Assembly (NCBI RefSeq): GCF_004010195.1
Contig: NC_057753.1
Location: 9,696,622 to 9,760,621 of the forward strand
Origin: Chiloscyllium plagiosum
Taxonomy: Eukaryota
DNA: 64,000 nt
Reading direction: 5' to 3'
Shown here: positions 39,985-52,632 of the stretch, one piece after another
How positions within the stretch are numbered: position 1 is the first letter of the stretch
Layout of the letters: every line of letters starts with the position of its first letter
Translations under genes and position numbers: made by a program
The notes under the pieces: model-generated
Seen by the model: only the letters and a program-made list of their open reading frames with translations
Database searches by the model: none
What the model was told of the DNA's origin: nothing

Positions 39985-40625
39985 ACTTTTAAAATGTTGT
40001 AATTCCACCAGTCTCCACCACTTCCTCTGGCAGTTCGTTTCATACATCCAACACCCTCTGTGAAAAGGTTGCCCCTCAGCTCCCTTTTAAATCATTCCCC
40101 TTTCATCTCAAATGTATGCCCTCTAGTTTTGGACTCCCCTACCCTGGGGAAAAGACTTTGGGTATTCACCCTATTCATGCCACTTACAAACATAAGATCA
40201 CCCCTCGGCCTCGGATGCTCCAGGGTAAATATTCCCGGCCTATTCAGCCTCTCCTTGTAGCTCAAACCCTCCAAATCTGGCAACAGCCTTGTAAATCTTT
40301 CAAGGTTTCACACATGTTTCCTATAGCAGGGAGACCAGAACTGAACACAATATTCCAAAAGTGGCCTCGCCAATGCCCTGCATGGCCACAACATGACCTT
40401 CCGACTCCTGTACTCTATGCTCTGACCAATAAAGGCTCATACCAAACACCTTCTTCACTGTCCTATCTACCTGTGACTCCACTTTCAAGGAACTATGAAC
40501 CTGCACTCCAAGGTCTCTTTGTTCAACAACACTCCCCTTAACTGTGCCAGTCCTGCCTGGATTGCTTGTCTAAAATGCAATACTTCACATTTCTCTAAAT
40601 TAAACCCCATCTGCCACTCCTCGGC
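39985..40625 (-). mobile_element. CR1 LINE fragments
   Basis: LEGLSYKERLNRPGIFTLE...KTRGH; VQVHSSLKVESQVDR. Confidence 0.8.
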
Positions 40626-40831
40626 CCCTCAATCAATTCTAATCTATAGCAAACTATCTTTCCTCCCTTATTCCCTTGAAGCTGAAAGTCTCCATCCCCC
40701 ACACACCCCCTCCATTCTCACTTTGCTGAACCTAATCCCTGCTGTACCTCATTCTGAAGTGTCTGGCTCATGCTAATAAACAGGCCCATACTCAGTAGGT
40801 CTAATTGAAACGTAAAGAATACCATGTGGCT

Positions 40832-40875
40832 GGGCAGACACCCACTTGGAAGGTACTGGCCCAGGACGTGAAAGG
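40832..40875 (+). pseudogene. Internally deleted QSOX exon 1 copy
   Basis: GGGCAGACACCC joined to PTWKVLAQDVK|GTGAGG, followed by the same intron as at 31836. Confidence 0.75.
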
Positions 40876-41641
40876 TGAGGCAGGTTGGGGAACGGAGGGG
40901 AAGGAACGTGTAGCCTGTCCTGTCATAGTGACATTTTACACTGACTTTCCATCTGCTTTTACTGGGGCTTGTGCTTTTTACCCTCACTGTGTGTTTAATC
41001 CTTGTGCTGTTTCCCTCTCACTGTTTGTTTAATCCTTGTGCTGTTTACCCCTCACTGTTTGTTTAATCCTTGTGCCAGTCACTGAAGGGGCAGGACCTGT
41101 TGAGAATGGTTAGTAAAGCATGTGATGTACCAAGCCTTGTTAACATGGATATAGTTTGTTATTTGTCAAAGTATACTTTTTATTATTTAGAGTCATAGAG
41201 TTGTACAGCTCGGAAACAGATCCTTTGGTCCAACCCGTTCATGCCGACCAGGTATCCTAACTCAGTGTCGAGAGTGTAGTGCTGGAAAAGCACAGCAGGT
41301 CAGGCAGCATCTATGAACCTGCACTCCAAGGTCTCTTTGTTCAACAACACTCCCCTTAACTGTGCCAGTCCTGCCTGGATTGCTTGTCTAAAATGCAATA
41401 CTTCACATTTCTCTAAATTAAACCCCATCTGCCACTCCTCGGCCCCTCAATCAATTCTAATCTACAGCAAACTATCTTTCCTCCCTTATTCCCTTGAAGC
41501 TGAAAATCTCCATCCCCCACACACCCCCTCCATTCTCACTTTGCTGAACCTAATCCCTGCTGTACCTCAGTCTGGCTCATGCTAATAAACAGGCCCATAC
41601 TCAGGTAGGTCTAATTGAAACGTACAGAATACCATGCGGCC

Positions 41642-41684
41642 GGGCAGACACCCACCTGGAAGGTACTGGCCCAGGATGTGAAAG
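41642..41684 (+). pseudogene. Internally deleted QSOX exon 1 copy
   Basis: Same junction as the 40832 copy. Confidence 0.75.
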
Positions 41685-42189
41685 GTGAGGCAGGTTGGGG
41701 AACAGAGGGGAAGGAACGTGTAGCCTGTCCTGTCATAGTGACATTTTACACTGACTTTCCATCTGCTTTTACTGGGGCTTGTGCTGTTTACCCTCACTGT
41801 TTTTTAATCCTTGTGCTGTTTACTCTTGCTGTTACTTGTGCAATTGCTTAGGGTAGTGTGTAAATACTAGTGAAGGAGATTATGCACCAACATGTATATG
41901 TTACCCAGTCACTGAAGGGGCAGGACCTGTTGAGAATGGTTAGTAAAGCACAGTGGTGTACTAAGCCTTGTTAACATGGATATAGTTTGTTATTTGTCAA
42001 AGTATACTTTTTATTACTTAGAGTCATAAGATTTGTACAGCTCGGAAACGGATTCTTTGGTCCAACGCGTTCATGCCGATCAGGTATCCTAACTCAGTGT
42101 CGAGAGTGTGTTGCTGGAAAAGCACAGCAGGTCAGGCAGCATCCGAGCAGCAGGAGAATCAACATTTCGGGCATAAGCCTTTCATCACA

Positions 42190-42535
42190 AGGGTTGTGGC
42201 AGGGAGGAGTGGAAAGGACTGGGAAGGGAGTTGGGGATGGGAAGGGAGGTTATTTGAATTGGAGAATTCAAATGTTGAATCCTCTGGGCTGTGGACTGCT
42301 CAGGAGGAAAATGAGGTGTTGTTCCTCCAATTTGTGGTTTGGTTTGTTGTGGCAATGGAGGAGGCCAAAGATGGTCATGTCAGAAAGGGAGTGGGAACGG
42401 GAAAGAAAACGGGTGGTGACTGGGAAGTCCGTACAGCCTCTGAAGACCTGGCTGCGATGCCTGGCAAACCATTCCCCAAGTTTACGCTTGGTCTTCCCAA
42501 TGTAGAGAAGACCACAATTGGCAAACACATGGCAA
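42190..42535 (-). mobile_element. Penelope GIY-YIG endonuclease fragment
   Basis: CGLLYIGKTKRKLGEWFARH...KLEEQHLIFLLSSPQPRGFNI. Confidence 0.85.
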
Positions 42536-43729
42536 TGTGAAGTCATAGCTTTTGCTGTGTAAAAAAAAAACAGAAAGCAGGTGCATTGTTTAAATGGAGA
42601 TGTATTTGGATGCGGAGGAAGTGAGAACTGCAGATGCTCGAGATCAGAGTCAAAAAGTGTGGTGCAGGAAAAGCACAGTAGGTCAAGCAGCATCCAAGGA
42701 GCAGGAGACTCGACGTTTCGGGCACAGTTCCTTCATCAGGAATGATGTGTGGGTGTACAAAGTGGCCTCAGCGTCCCTCTACACCAGTCAATGCCAGTTG
42801 TCAGACAGATGCAGCAAGCAGAATCAGCAAGGCAAGTGGTATATATCAGCAAGAGGAATTGAGTTCAGAAGTGGGGATGTCTTCCTGCAGTTAGGGGGGG
42901 TCCTTGAATATATTCAAGGCTGAGTTCAGCTGATTTTGGAACAACAAAGAAGTGGATGCTTATGGAGAAAGGCAAGAAAACGATTTTAAGACCAGTACAG
43001 AACAGTTACAGAGTCAGACAGCACAGAAACAGACCCTTCAGTCCAACTTGTCCATGCTGACTCTGTTCTCAAACCAAACTAGTCCCACCTGCCTGTGTTT
43101 GGCTCATATCCCTCCAAACCTTTCCTATTTATGTACTTTATTAAATGTCTTTTAAAACATTGTAACTCTACCTGCATCCACCACTTCCTCTGGACATTCA
43201 TCCCACACATGAACCACTCTGTATGAAAAAAACATGGTGCCCCTGAAGACTTTTAAAAATCTTTCTCCACTCATGTTCAAAATTTGCTTTCTAATCTTGA
43301 AACCACCACCCAAAGGAAACAACGCCTGCCGTTCAGCTCATCTATTTCCCCCCCCATGATTTTATAAACCTCGATAAGGTCACCTCTCAACAGTCTATGC
43401 TCCAGTGAAAAAGTCCCAGCCTATCCACCTTGATGTAGATAGATCCATATCCAGTTATGATGTGTTCAATACTGATGCAGGGTCAAAAGACCAAATGGCC
43501 AACTCCTGCTTCCATTCTCTCACTTTGTGTCCTTGACAGCAAGAGACCATAGGACATAGGAGCAGAAATTAGGCCATTCAGCCCATCAGGTTTGCCCAGA
43601 CCATTCAATCATAGCTGATACGTTTTCTCAACCGTATTCTCCCACTTTCAGAAAAGTGAAAACCAAGGGAGTGTGTGGGATGGAGATTTTTAGTTTCTCG
43701 GGAATAAGAGAGTTCACTATAAATTAGAA

Positions 43730-44500
43730 TTCATTGGATTGGCCGAGCAGTGGCAGTACAGAAATGTCAGGTTTGAATTTTGGTCAAGCAATCCAGGCAG
43801 GACTGACACAGTTAAGGGGAGTGTTGCAGAATAAAGAGACCTTGGAGTGCAGGTTCATAGTTCCCTGAAAGTGGAGTCGCAGGTAGATAGGATAGTGAAG
43901 AAGGCATATAGTATGCTTTCCTTTATTGGTCAGAGCATTGACTATAGGCATTGGGACGTCATGTTGTGGCTGTACATTGTTTTCGCCTGTTTTGGAATAC
44001 TGCGTTCAGTTCTGGTCTCCCAGATGTAGGAAAGAATTTGTGAAACTTTGAAAGGGGTTAGAAAGATTTACAAGACTGTTACCAGAGTTGGAGAGGTTGA
44101 ATAAGCCAGGGAAATTTTCCCTGAAGTGTCGGAGGCTGAGGGGTAAACTTGTCGACATTTATAAGGGGCATGGATAGGATGAATACACAAGGTCTTTTCC
44201 CCAGGGTAGGGGAGTCCAAACTCGAGGGCATATGTTAGAGGTGAGAGGGGAAAGACTTAAAAGGGACCTAAGGGACAACGTTTTCATGCAGAGGGTGGTG
44301 CATGTATAGAATGAGCTGTCAGGGGAAGTGGAGGAGGCTGGAACAATTACAACATTTAAAAGGCATCTGAGTGCGTACATAAGTTGGAAGCGTTGAGAAG
44401 GACATGGGCCACATGCTGGCAAATGGGAATCGATTGATTTCGGATATCTGGTTGGCACGGACGACTTGGGTTGAACTGTCTGTTTCCATGGTGGAGGACT
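43730..44500 (+). mobile_element. CR1 LINE 3' portion
   Basis: RDLGVQVHSSLKV...KTRGH...FKRHL motifs. Confidence 0.8.
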
Positions 44501-45841
44501 CTAAACATCTTTGGTGAAAGCAGAAGTGTGGTTGTGAAGACTGGACTTTCAGAGCAGCTTTCATAGATGCTTTGCCCTTACTGGGACCGGAAGAAGTTAC
44601 AATGAAATCTTTCATTTGTGAGACAGCAAGCAACTAAATTAGTACATCTGGGATTTTGGTGGAAAGTGGGAATTCGTTGCACTGTGAGGATGAAGCCGTA
44701 CCCTATCCAGTCATTTCTGCTGGTGGATTAGAATAGGCCCAAAGATTTGGAGGACGGGATTTAGAACAGAGATGAGGAGGAACTACTTTTCCCAGAGAGT
44801 AGTGAATCTATGGAATTCTCTGCCCAAGGAAGCAGTAGAGGCAGCTTCATTAAGAATATTCAAGACGCAGTCGGATGGGTTTTTGCATGGTAGAGGAATT
44901 AAGGGTAGTTGGGATAATGCAGGAAGGAGGAGCTGAGACAGTGTAAAGATCAGCCATGATCTTAACGATGAAGGAGCAGACTGGATGGGCCAAATGGTCT
45001 ACTCCTGCTTCTCTTACTATGAAACTGTAACCCTGCATTTCCCATTGGCTAGTCCACCTAACCTGCACATCCCTGGACACTCTGGGCAATTTAGCATGGC
45101 CAATCCAAATCAAGGCTGGTGAGTAGTATAGTGATGTGGGAAAATGATCAGAGATCTAAAGAAAGGGACAAGGAGAGAAAATATACCGGCAATCAAAACT
45201 GGATTTTAAGGATCACAAAAACAAACTAAAAATGGTGTGTCTGAATCTGTGGATCGTCCCAGCGCCAGGATCCAAATCGAATAGGTTCCGGGTAAGAGTC
45301 CTTAAGTAATCCTACATAAAGACTCGTTCTAAGAGAATAAATAAATGCTGCATTGTAACAAAAGTGAATGAATTGACTGCACACATTGAAGAGAATAATT
45401 ATGATCAGAGACTCCTTACAGAGACCCGCCTTCAGGATGGCACAAATTAGATCCTGAATATAGAGGGTTTGGTCAAATGGGAAGCGAGGTAAAGATAGAG
45501 GGTTGGCACTGCTAATCAAAGCACTGATCACAGGGTAGTCTGGTGTCAGCTCGGATTTCAGGTCCTGATTTCTCTGTCCCCTGTTGATCTCCCTGTTACC
45601 ACAGAGCTAGATGTTTGTCTGAGAACAGTTCTTAGCTCTGCTGGATTTCTGCTGAAGCTCTGACTCCCCGTTACACCTTCCGGAACAATAAAACATTCAG
45701 TCCATTGAGACCCAACCCACAATCGCCCAGCCTGTCAACCATCCAGACAGAGTGTAGTCATAGCAGGGTTAACAAGCAAATAAAATGAAACAAAATTAGA
45801 AATAAATGGGTGCTTGTGTTTAACGTTTGTTTATTGGGAAG

Positions 45842-46242
45842 TGTAATGGAAAATTAACATTTATTGTGAAATCTATAAAAGCATAGGGGAACAAAGAAGT
45901 AAGGGCCTGACTTTGCAGAGGGCAAGCATTGCAGACAGACAGAAAAAAGTAAGGATAAACCGACCTAACAGCAGACTTCCAAGGCCAGTAAACTACCATT
46001 GCAACAGTCAAGTAATGAGAAAAACAACTCCATATATGGAAAGGAACTCTAAATATTCCATGCTCCTAGCCTTGAGGTGTTGATAAGGAAAAGCGAATTA
46101 TATTATAAAGGGAATATGGGAAAGCTATCAGGCGCCCCTTACATGAGGCGTCTTGCCAATGTATCAGGTCTCTTTGCAGAGGTTAAAAATAAACTTTTTC
46201 TTTGCTCTTGCTAATAGTCGAGTTGATTTAATTTGCATGACA
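45842..46242 (+). repeat. ERV-A 5' LTR
   Basis: TGTAATGGAAAATTAAC...CATGACA with TATAAA (~46104) and AATAAA (~46188); homologous to 52784-53167. Confidence 0.9.
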
Positions 46243-46249
46243 GTAAACT

Positions 46250-46267
46250 TGAGGGCTCGCCCAGGAC
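46250..46267 (+). promoter_or_regulatory. Primer-binding site, tRNA-Pro-like
   Basis: TGAGGGCTCGCCCAGGAC matches the MLV tRNA-Pro PBS TGGGGGCTCGTCCGGGAT at 14/18 positions. Confidence 0.75.
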
Positions 46268-46739
46268 CCCGAAACTGGGGAAGATTCTGAAGATTCCCAG
46301 GAGGTGTAGGTGCCAGGTGAAGGACTTTCACTTCATCTCAAGCGCTAAATTGGCCCCTTTACGCGAGGGAGCTGGGAATCTGTGGATCGTCCCAGCGCCA
46401 GGATCCAAATCGAATAGGTTCCGGGTAAGAGTCGTGGCTTAAGTAATCCTACATAGAGACTCGTTCTAAGAGAATAAATAAATCAGGAGGAGGGTCCAGT
46501 GAACTCTCGCGTGGTATTAGAGTAAAACTCAAGGGAAAGGATTGCTGTCTCTAGAGTGTTTAAGAGAGAGCAGGTTTAAGGGTGGTTTTAGCCCTGGAAC
46601 CACCACTGGCTGAGTTGGACTTACCCGGATGCGTCCAATGAGAGGGAACCTCTGGAGATAAAAGCAAGTCAAATTGGCTAAAAAAAGACAGAGACAGACA
46701 GAGACACACAGAGAGAAAGACACACAGAGAAAGAGAGAG

Positions 46740-47193
46740 ACCCTTATGCGCCTCACTGAAATCCATAATGCCCATAGTGGACTGACACCACCCGAGGACA
46801 TAACAACAGCAGAAATCACACCGTATGAGGCTCACCTGAGGAACAGCTTCATCAATGGAATGAAGGACAAAAATAGCAAAAAAGGTAAAAGACATATTTC
46901 TTACCTGGGACACGGGAAAGCTCAATTTGATAGCACAACACGCGATACATGCTGAATAATTGCTGGCCCAAGAGAAGGATAAGCTCAGCTTACTATGATG
47001 CAAATAGTCGCCCAGCCGTTGGAAGGAGGTACTGCGGGAAAAGGGAGAGGCAGAGGTGGAGGTCGCGGAAAGGGAACTGGCAGGAGGTAGATCTGGCAGG
47101 TGCTTTGTTTACGGAGCAATTGACCACCGGGTGAGGCAGTGCCCACACAGGCAGCCTCAGTCAGCCCTGGAGGCTGGACAGCAGGGTGACTGA
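46740..47193 (+). pseudogene. gag: gag remnant (capsid C-terminus, RG-rich linker, single zinc knuckle); N-terminal gag apparently deleted
   Basis: EIHNAHSGL...HLRNSFINGM; GRGRGRGG; CFVYGAIDHRVRQC at 47101 (CCHC with C>Y); stop TGA-TAG at 47191. Confidence 0.8.
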
Positions 47194-47196
47194 TAG

Positions 47197-50100
47197 GGGA
47201 AGGCTAAGGTGGAGGTGGGCAGCCCACAAGGGACTAGTGAGCCTCTTTCCTTTATGCTTGGCAACGAAGACTCGCTTATGCTAATCTCTTCTACTAACCT
47301 AACGGGCACTGAAACATGTCCCACCTCCATAGTGAGTGCTGAGATTGCAGAGCGTGGACCATATGTTCAGTATAACAATGATGCGTATAAGTTGATGCCT
47401 ACCTCTATGTCATACGTGGAACGTACACCAGTTACCTTTTTGGTAGGTACAGGTGCAACCTATTCAGTCCTTAAATCATACCAGTTCGGAGAGTCAACGC
47501 AAATAAAGAGGAGTGGAAGGTTCCTGAACTCAATGGGTGCACCAGGAGTCGTGATACGAGAGAGGTTTACCCCTGTTGTGCCTGCTGTTTACCCCTGTTG
47601 TGCAAACCCAGTAATGGGGAAACATTCCAATTCTCAGTTTTGTTATCGGAATTCTGTTCTTTAAATCTGATGGCTCAGAATCTCAGTGAGACTGGGGTTG
47701 GATTTGCTCAGACGGGCTTGCAAGTAATACGAAAAGAAGATTTACCAGTGCAGGCTGTAAAATACGGCTCAGGAGCCCTGATGTATGTCTATGAATGGCG
47801 ATTAAGCCAGACAGCGATAAGTTCAGTGAGCGATTCACTCGCCCTGGAAGCAAGTAACTAAATTGGCTAACTCAAGCAGATAGGGGAGTCCAGGTAACCC
47901 CCGCTAGCCTGGAGAGCCTAGGAAGGTGGCCCTATACTATATTGGCGTTTTCCTAAGGTAGAAGTCTTGGACCCAAGATTGAGAAAGGTCCCTACTGAGT
48001 TGTGGGCAAAAGGCAAACATGACGTGGGGCTCATACGAGGCTGTGAACCCATACAAATAACCCCGAAGTCTGAGTATCGTCCTTGCAGAGCACAACACCC
48101 GTTAAAACCAGAGGCTATCGAAGGAATTACTCCAGTCTTTGAATTCCTCCTAAAGGCTGGAGTGATAATCCCCTGTGAAAACTCACTGGCGAGAACCCCC
48201 ATTTTTCTGGTCAAAAACGCAAATATTCCGGGTGAACCAGAGGAATGGAGGTTTGTTCAAGACCTACAGGCAGTCAATAACGCTGTTGTTCCGCACGCCC
48301 CAAATGTTCCCAACCCCTATACTATATTGGCTCAAATTCCACCAGACAGTAAATGATTCTCTGTTGTGGAGTTAGCAAATGCCTTCTTTAGTGTATTGGT
48401 ACACCCAGAAAGTCAATTCTGGTTCACTTTTTCATTCAAAAGAAAATCGTATACCCACACGTGACTGTCAAGGTTACTGTGAGTCCCCCCACCATATATA
48501 ATGAGGCTCCACGCAGGAGTCTGGAGACTCTTGTTCTAACCCCGCGGTCAGCGCTTCTGCTGTATGTAGATGATTGCTTAATAGCAGCACCAACAGAGGA
48601 ACAATGTGAGAAAGATACCCTTGCATTGCTCTGCCATCCAGCAAGGGAAGGGCACAAAGCTAGTCTCGCAAAGCTACAAAGTTGTGCAACTGGTGAAGTT
48701 CTTAGGTCACTTAATATCTGAACAAGGGAAGGCCATTGGTCAAGACAGAGTTCAAGCAATCCAGCAAATTCCAAAGCCTCACACGAAGAAACAATTGCTG
48801 TCCTTTTTGGGGCATGTGCTCCGACTGTAGAATGTTTATCCACATTACACAACCCATGAGGCATCTCTAAGTGACATAGCCCATGGCAAAGGGTTGCTGA
48901 GCCAGAGTCCGTTGCAGTGGACCCCAGAGGCCAAGAGTGCCTTTGCTGAATTGAAAAAGACCCTCCAAACTACACAGACACTGGGGATTCTGAATCCAAA
49001 CAAGCCTTTTGTACAAACGGTAGATGTGAAGCATGGCTGCATGACATCTCTGCTGTTACAAGATCATGGGGCAAAATTGAGGCCGGTAGCTTATTTTTCA
49101 GCAAAACTAAACCCTATAGTGGAGGATTGCCTAAATGTCTGTGAGCCGTGGCTGTAGCTGAAAAGGCTGTTGTAGTGTCCAGGGACATAATCAGCTATGG
49201 TGAATTAACCCTACTGGCCCCACATGCAGTATCCTTACTGCTACCCATGAGGCAGTCAAAGCGGGATCACTCCCTTCTCATCTGTCAGTGCAAGCAGCGG
49301 AGCTGATAGCCAACTTACATGCCTCAGTTAAGGCAAAGGGAAGGACAGTGAATATTTACACAGACAGCAGATATGCATTTGGGATTGTACATGATTTTGG
49401 AACCCTATGGAAACACAGGGACTTCTTGACCTCCTCCAGAAAGCCCATCACACACCCTGGCCTGATGTCTGACCTCCTGGAAGCGGTCCTATTGCCCAAA
49501 TCACTTGCTGTGTGTAAGTGTGAAGCCCACACAAAAAATAACAATTCCATTTCTCAAGGCAATGCGAAGACGGACTCAGCGGCAAGGACAGCAGCCCAGC
49601 AGCTGCCAAGTGATCAGTTTGACATGTGTATGACAAACATTTGAACCCCAGCAGCAGACATATGGGAGTTACAGTCACAGGCCACGCTGGAGGAGAAGCA
49701 TGAGTGGACAAGGACAGGGTGCAGCATGAGGGAAGGGGTGTGGTGTGGCCCCAATGGTAAACCCTGTCTACTACGATCATTATTCCCATTCTATGCCAAA
49801 CTGACACACGGTAATGACCATATGTCAAAAGAGGGGGAATGTACAACAGTATTTCGGCACACTGGTACACTAAGGGATTCATTACTCCCAGAAATATTGT
49901 GAATGATGTGTTATCTGTGCCACTATTAGTGTGGGGAGGGGAATACAGATGAGACAGGCAGCACACCCCCAACCCCAAAGACCTTTGAAAATTTACGGAT
50001 GGATTTTATTGAACTAACACACAGCTAAGGTAATAGTTGGTATGTTTTCCAAAGGGTGGAAGCATTCCCCACGTCTAAACAGGATGCCAGTGCAGTAGCC

Positions 50101-50776
50101 AAGGCTTTGCTAACTGAAATAATTCTGAGATGGGGCATCCCTGAAAGGCTTAGAAGTGACAATAGGACACCATTTGTCAATAATGCCTTACAGCAGATCA
50201 GTGATTACTTGGGAATAAACATGAGACAACACTGTGCCTACCACCCAGCGAGCAATGGGACAGTGGAACGAGAGAATGCTACCCTAAAAAATAAATTGAC
50301 AAAATGCTGTGAGGAACTCGGGGTGACATGGACAAAGGCACTTCCAATTGTGCTAATGTATATGAGATCTAGGAGGAGAGGAAGAGCCAATCTTCGCCCG
50401 TTTGAGATTTTGTTTGGTAAGCCGCCCAACACAGGAGTTGGCCCAAGACCTAAAGCAAGACAAATAACAGACCACAGTGAGAATGAGATGTTGTGTTACT
50501 GTAGAAAACTCTACACTTTTGTCTCAAATACAGAATCAAGTGAGAGCAGTACTACCCCAACCAGCAGGGGGGAAGCTGCACGATCTAGAACCTGGAGACT
50601 GGATAGTGGTGAAAGACTTCAAGAGGAAAAGCTGGAAGGCAAAGAGGTGGCTGGGGCCATTTCAAGTGCTCCTTACAACACAGATAGGTGTTAAAATCAC
50701 CGAAAGAACCACGTGAATATATGCCAGCCATTGCAAATGTGTAGCTGGACCCGAGGAGACATCGGAACCAAATAAG
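47197..50776 (+). pseudogene. pol: pro-pol (protease, RT, RNase H, integrase), multiple stops and frameshifts
   Basis: FLVGTGATYS (DTG>GTG), RFVQDLQAVN, LLYVDDCLIAA, VNIYTDSRYAFG...GNAKTDSAA, RSDNRTPF...HPASNGTVERENATL, and PGDWIV...RWLGPFQVLLTT. Confidence 0.95.
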
Positions 50777-50840
50777 TGCAAGCAGTGAAACTCTAATAAC
50801 CAGATTGGACTTATATACATAGGGATTGTAAGGTTGCTAG

Positions 50841-52632
50841 ATGCCTCATATAAATATGGGGCTGCCCCAGCTCACACTGTCAGTAAGCACCCTAGCAGGA
50901 CTATTCCTAAGGGCAGGGGCGTCTGAGATACAGCCGCAGACAGTAATCATAACCGAGGGTGCTAAGGGAACCTTTACATGTGACCCATGGCTGTTTAGTA
51001 ACCAGGAGGACTATAAATGGGATGATAAATATTTATGCAGGAATCCTTGTGTCCAAGTGACTGGCACTTAATAGTGGCCACCACGGCTACAGGGACACCT
51101 GACATGGGAAATAGGTATTCTATTATCAAGGAAGGAGGTCCCAGGGCACGGGTAATAATAACTAAGACTCAGAAGAATGATGAGGGGGTCTGGTGGTGTG
51201 GAATAGATAGACCCTTCTCCGACATCTATAGAAAGGTGAATATAGTGGTACAGTTCCCTCCTCCCCTCCAAGATGCAGTGCAGAAGGTCCTACAGAAGAT
51301 AGCACCAGGGGCATGGCAACCAATCAAACCAAATCATGGACATAACTCCAAGCAGGGCAAAGGGCATTAATGTCACGCCAGAACCTGGAGGGAATCAGCC
51401 CGGACTCAGGAGTGAGTCTAATTCGGTAGTGGAATTGGCCCTCCATGAGATAAATGGTGTAAGTGTGACGCCAGTAGGTTGGGAGGTGCGAAGGGCCATC
51501 GCTAGATGGGAAGGGAACAGAGCTTGTGCCTTGGCCCAAATACAACACCGGAGATTAGAGGTTGGCTACCCTTGTCGGATATGTTTGCACACAGCCCAAT
51601 GGTGGGCTGCTGAACCAATCACAGAGAGCCCGGCAAGAAATTCTAGCTGCCTGCTTCCGCAGACTACCCTGACCCTGATAGGGGGAGCAATAAGGGCAAA
51701 TCTTGCGCCACCACCCGAACGCAAGGCTAACTGCAGTCCCAAGGCTGACACGCTCCCAACCACAGCCTTCCATATAGTATTTGCACAAATCAGGGGAGAC
51801 TTCATTTGGGGATCTCCCAATATATTACGACGTTATACTTGAACAACGATTCTTACTCAGCAACCTACGCAAATGGTATGATCAACATTACTTGTTCCTT
51901 TAATCAGTAATCAGAACATGATGGCGGGTATAATATGGGCCTGTGGAGAGAGAGGGTACCACCACCTCCCTCCGGGATGGAAAGGGTGCTGCTACCCCAT
52001 GGCACAAGTGTTCATCCCAAAAGCTAGTAATGGGCAAACCCGAAGGGACATGCCACTGCATTGGAATGGGAAACACACTCGCAGGACTACATAAGGAGCG
52101 AACATTGGGTGGTCTATTCTCTTGGGAGCAGGGACAACAGTGGCAATAAACAAGATTAATGGCCTGGCATATAGTGTATAACTGTTCGCAAATAGATGGA
52201 GGAAGGTCTAGCACTCACTAATACTGAGTTAACGGCAGTAAGGGAAGCAGTGATACAAAATTGATTAGTACTAATCATACTGATGGCAGAGAAAGGGGGC
52301 ATCTGCAAATTGCAGATGCCCCCATGCTGTTTTAATATTCCTGATGTGTCCCAGAATATCACTAGTGTGATAAATCATATGAAAGCGGCAGTAGGACCGC
52401 CTCCCCCAGCATATGGCTCTTGGTTCCCATGGCTTACCTCCCTTTGGGGTATTGGATCCTACACGCTCTACTAGTTGTAGGGCTGGTCATACTAATAGTG
52501 CTTTGTATAAGGACCCTGCTTGTGTACCTGCCTATGGCGTTTGCTTATGAGTGCAGCGGGATGCCAAATGGTAAAACGACCAGAGACTCCAACGCAGGAA
52601 AACCCGATTGCATGGATCCCACCATACAGTAA
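50841..52632 (+). pseudogene. env: env with N-terminal Ig V-set domain, frameshifted
   Basis: Signal peptide ending AGA|S; Ig V domain 50922-51253; Pro-rich linker; CRIC (CWxC-like) at 51573; QTRR furin-site remnant at 52035; fusion-peptide-like GGLF..GAGTTVA; ISD QN*LVL..LMAEKGG plus CX6CC (52304-52330); TM LLVVGLVILIVLCI. Confidence 0.9.

Larger units (their letters stand above)
40492..42143 (+). repeat. Tandem duplication, start-to-start spacing 818 bp
   Basis: Near-identical starts at 40495 and 41313; each unit has a CR1 piece, a deleted QSOX exon and an intron start. Confidence 0.85.

Noticed and set aside
40980..41075. Short regularly spaced direct repeats
   Set aside because: A simple minisatellite expansion without unique spacers; not CRISPR-like, and the context is eukaryotic.
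46686..46741. (GA/CA)n tract read as a basic Gag N-terminus
   Set aside because: Microsatellite in the leader/deleted gag region, not evidence of coding.
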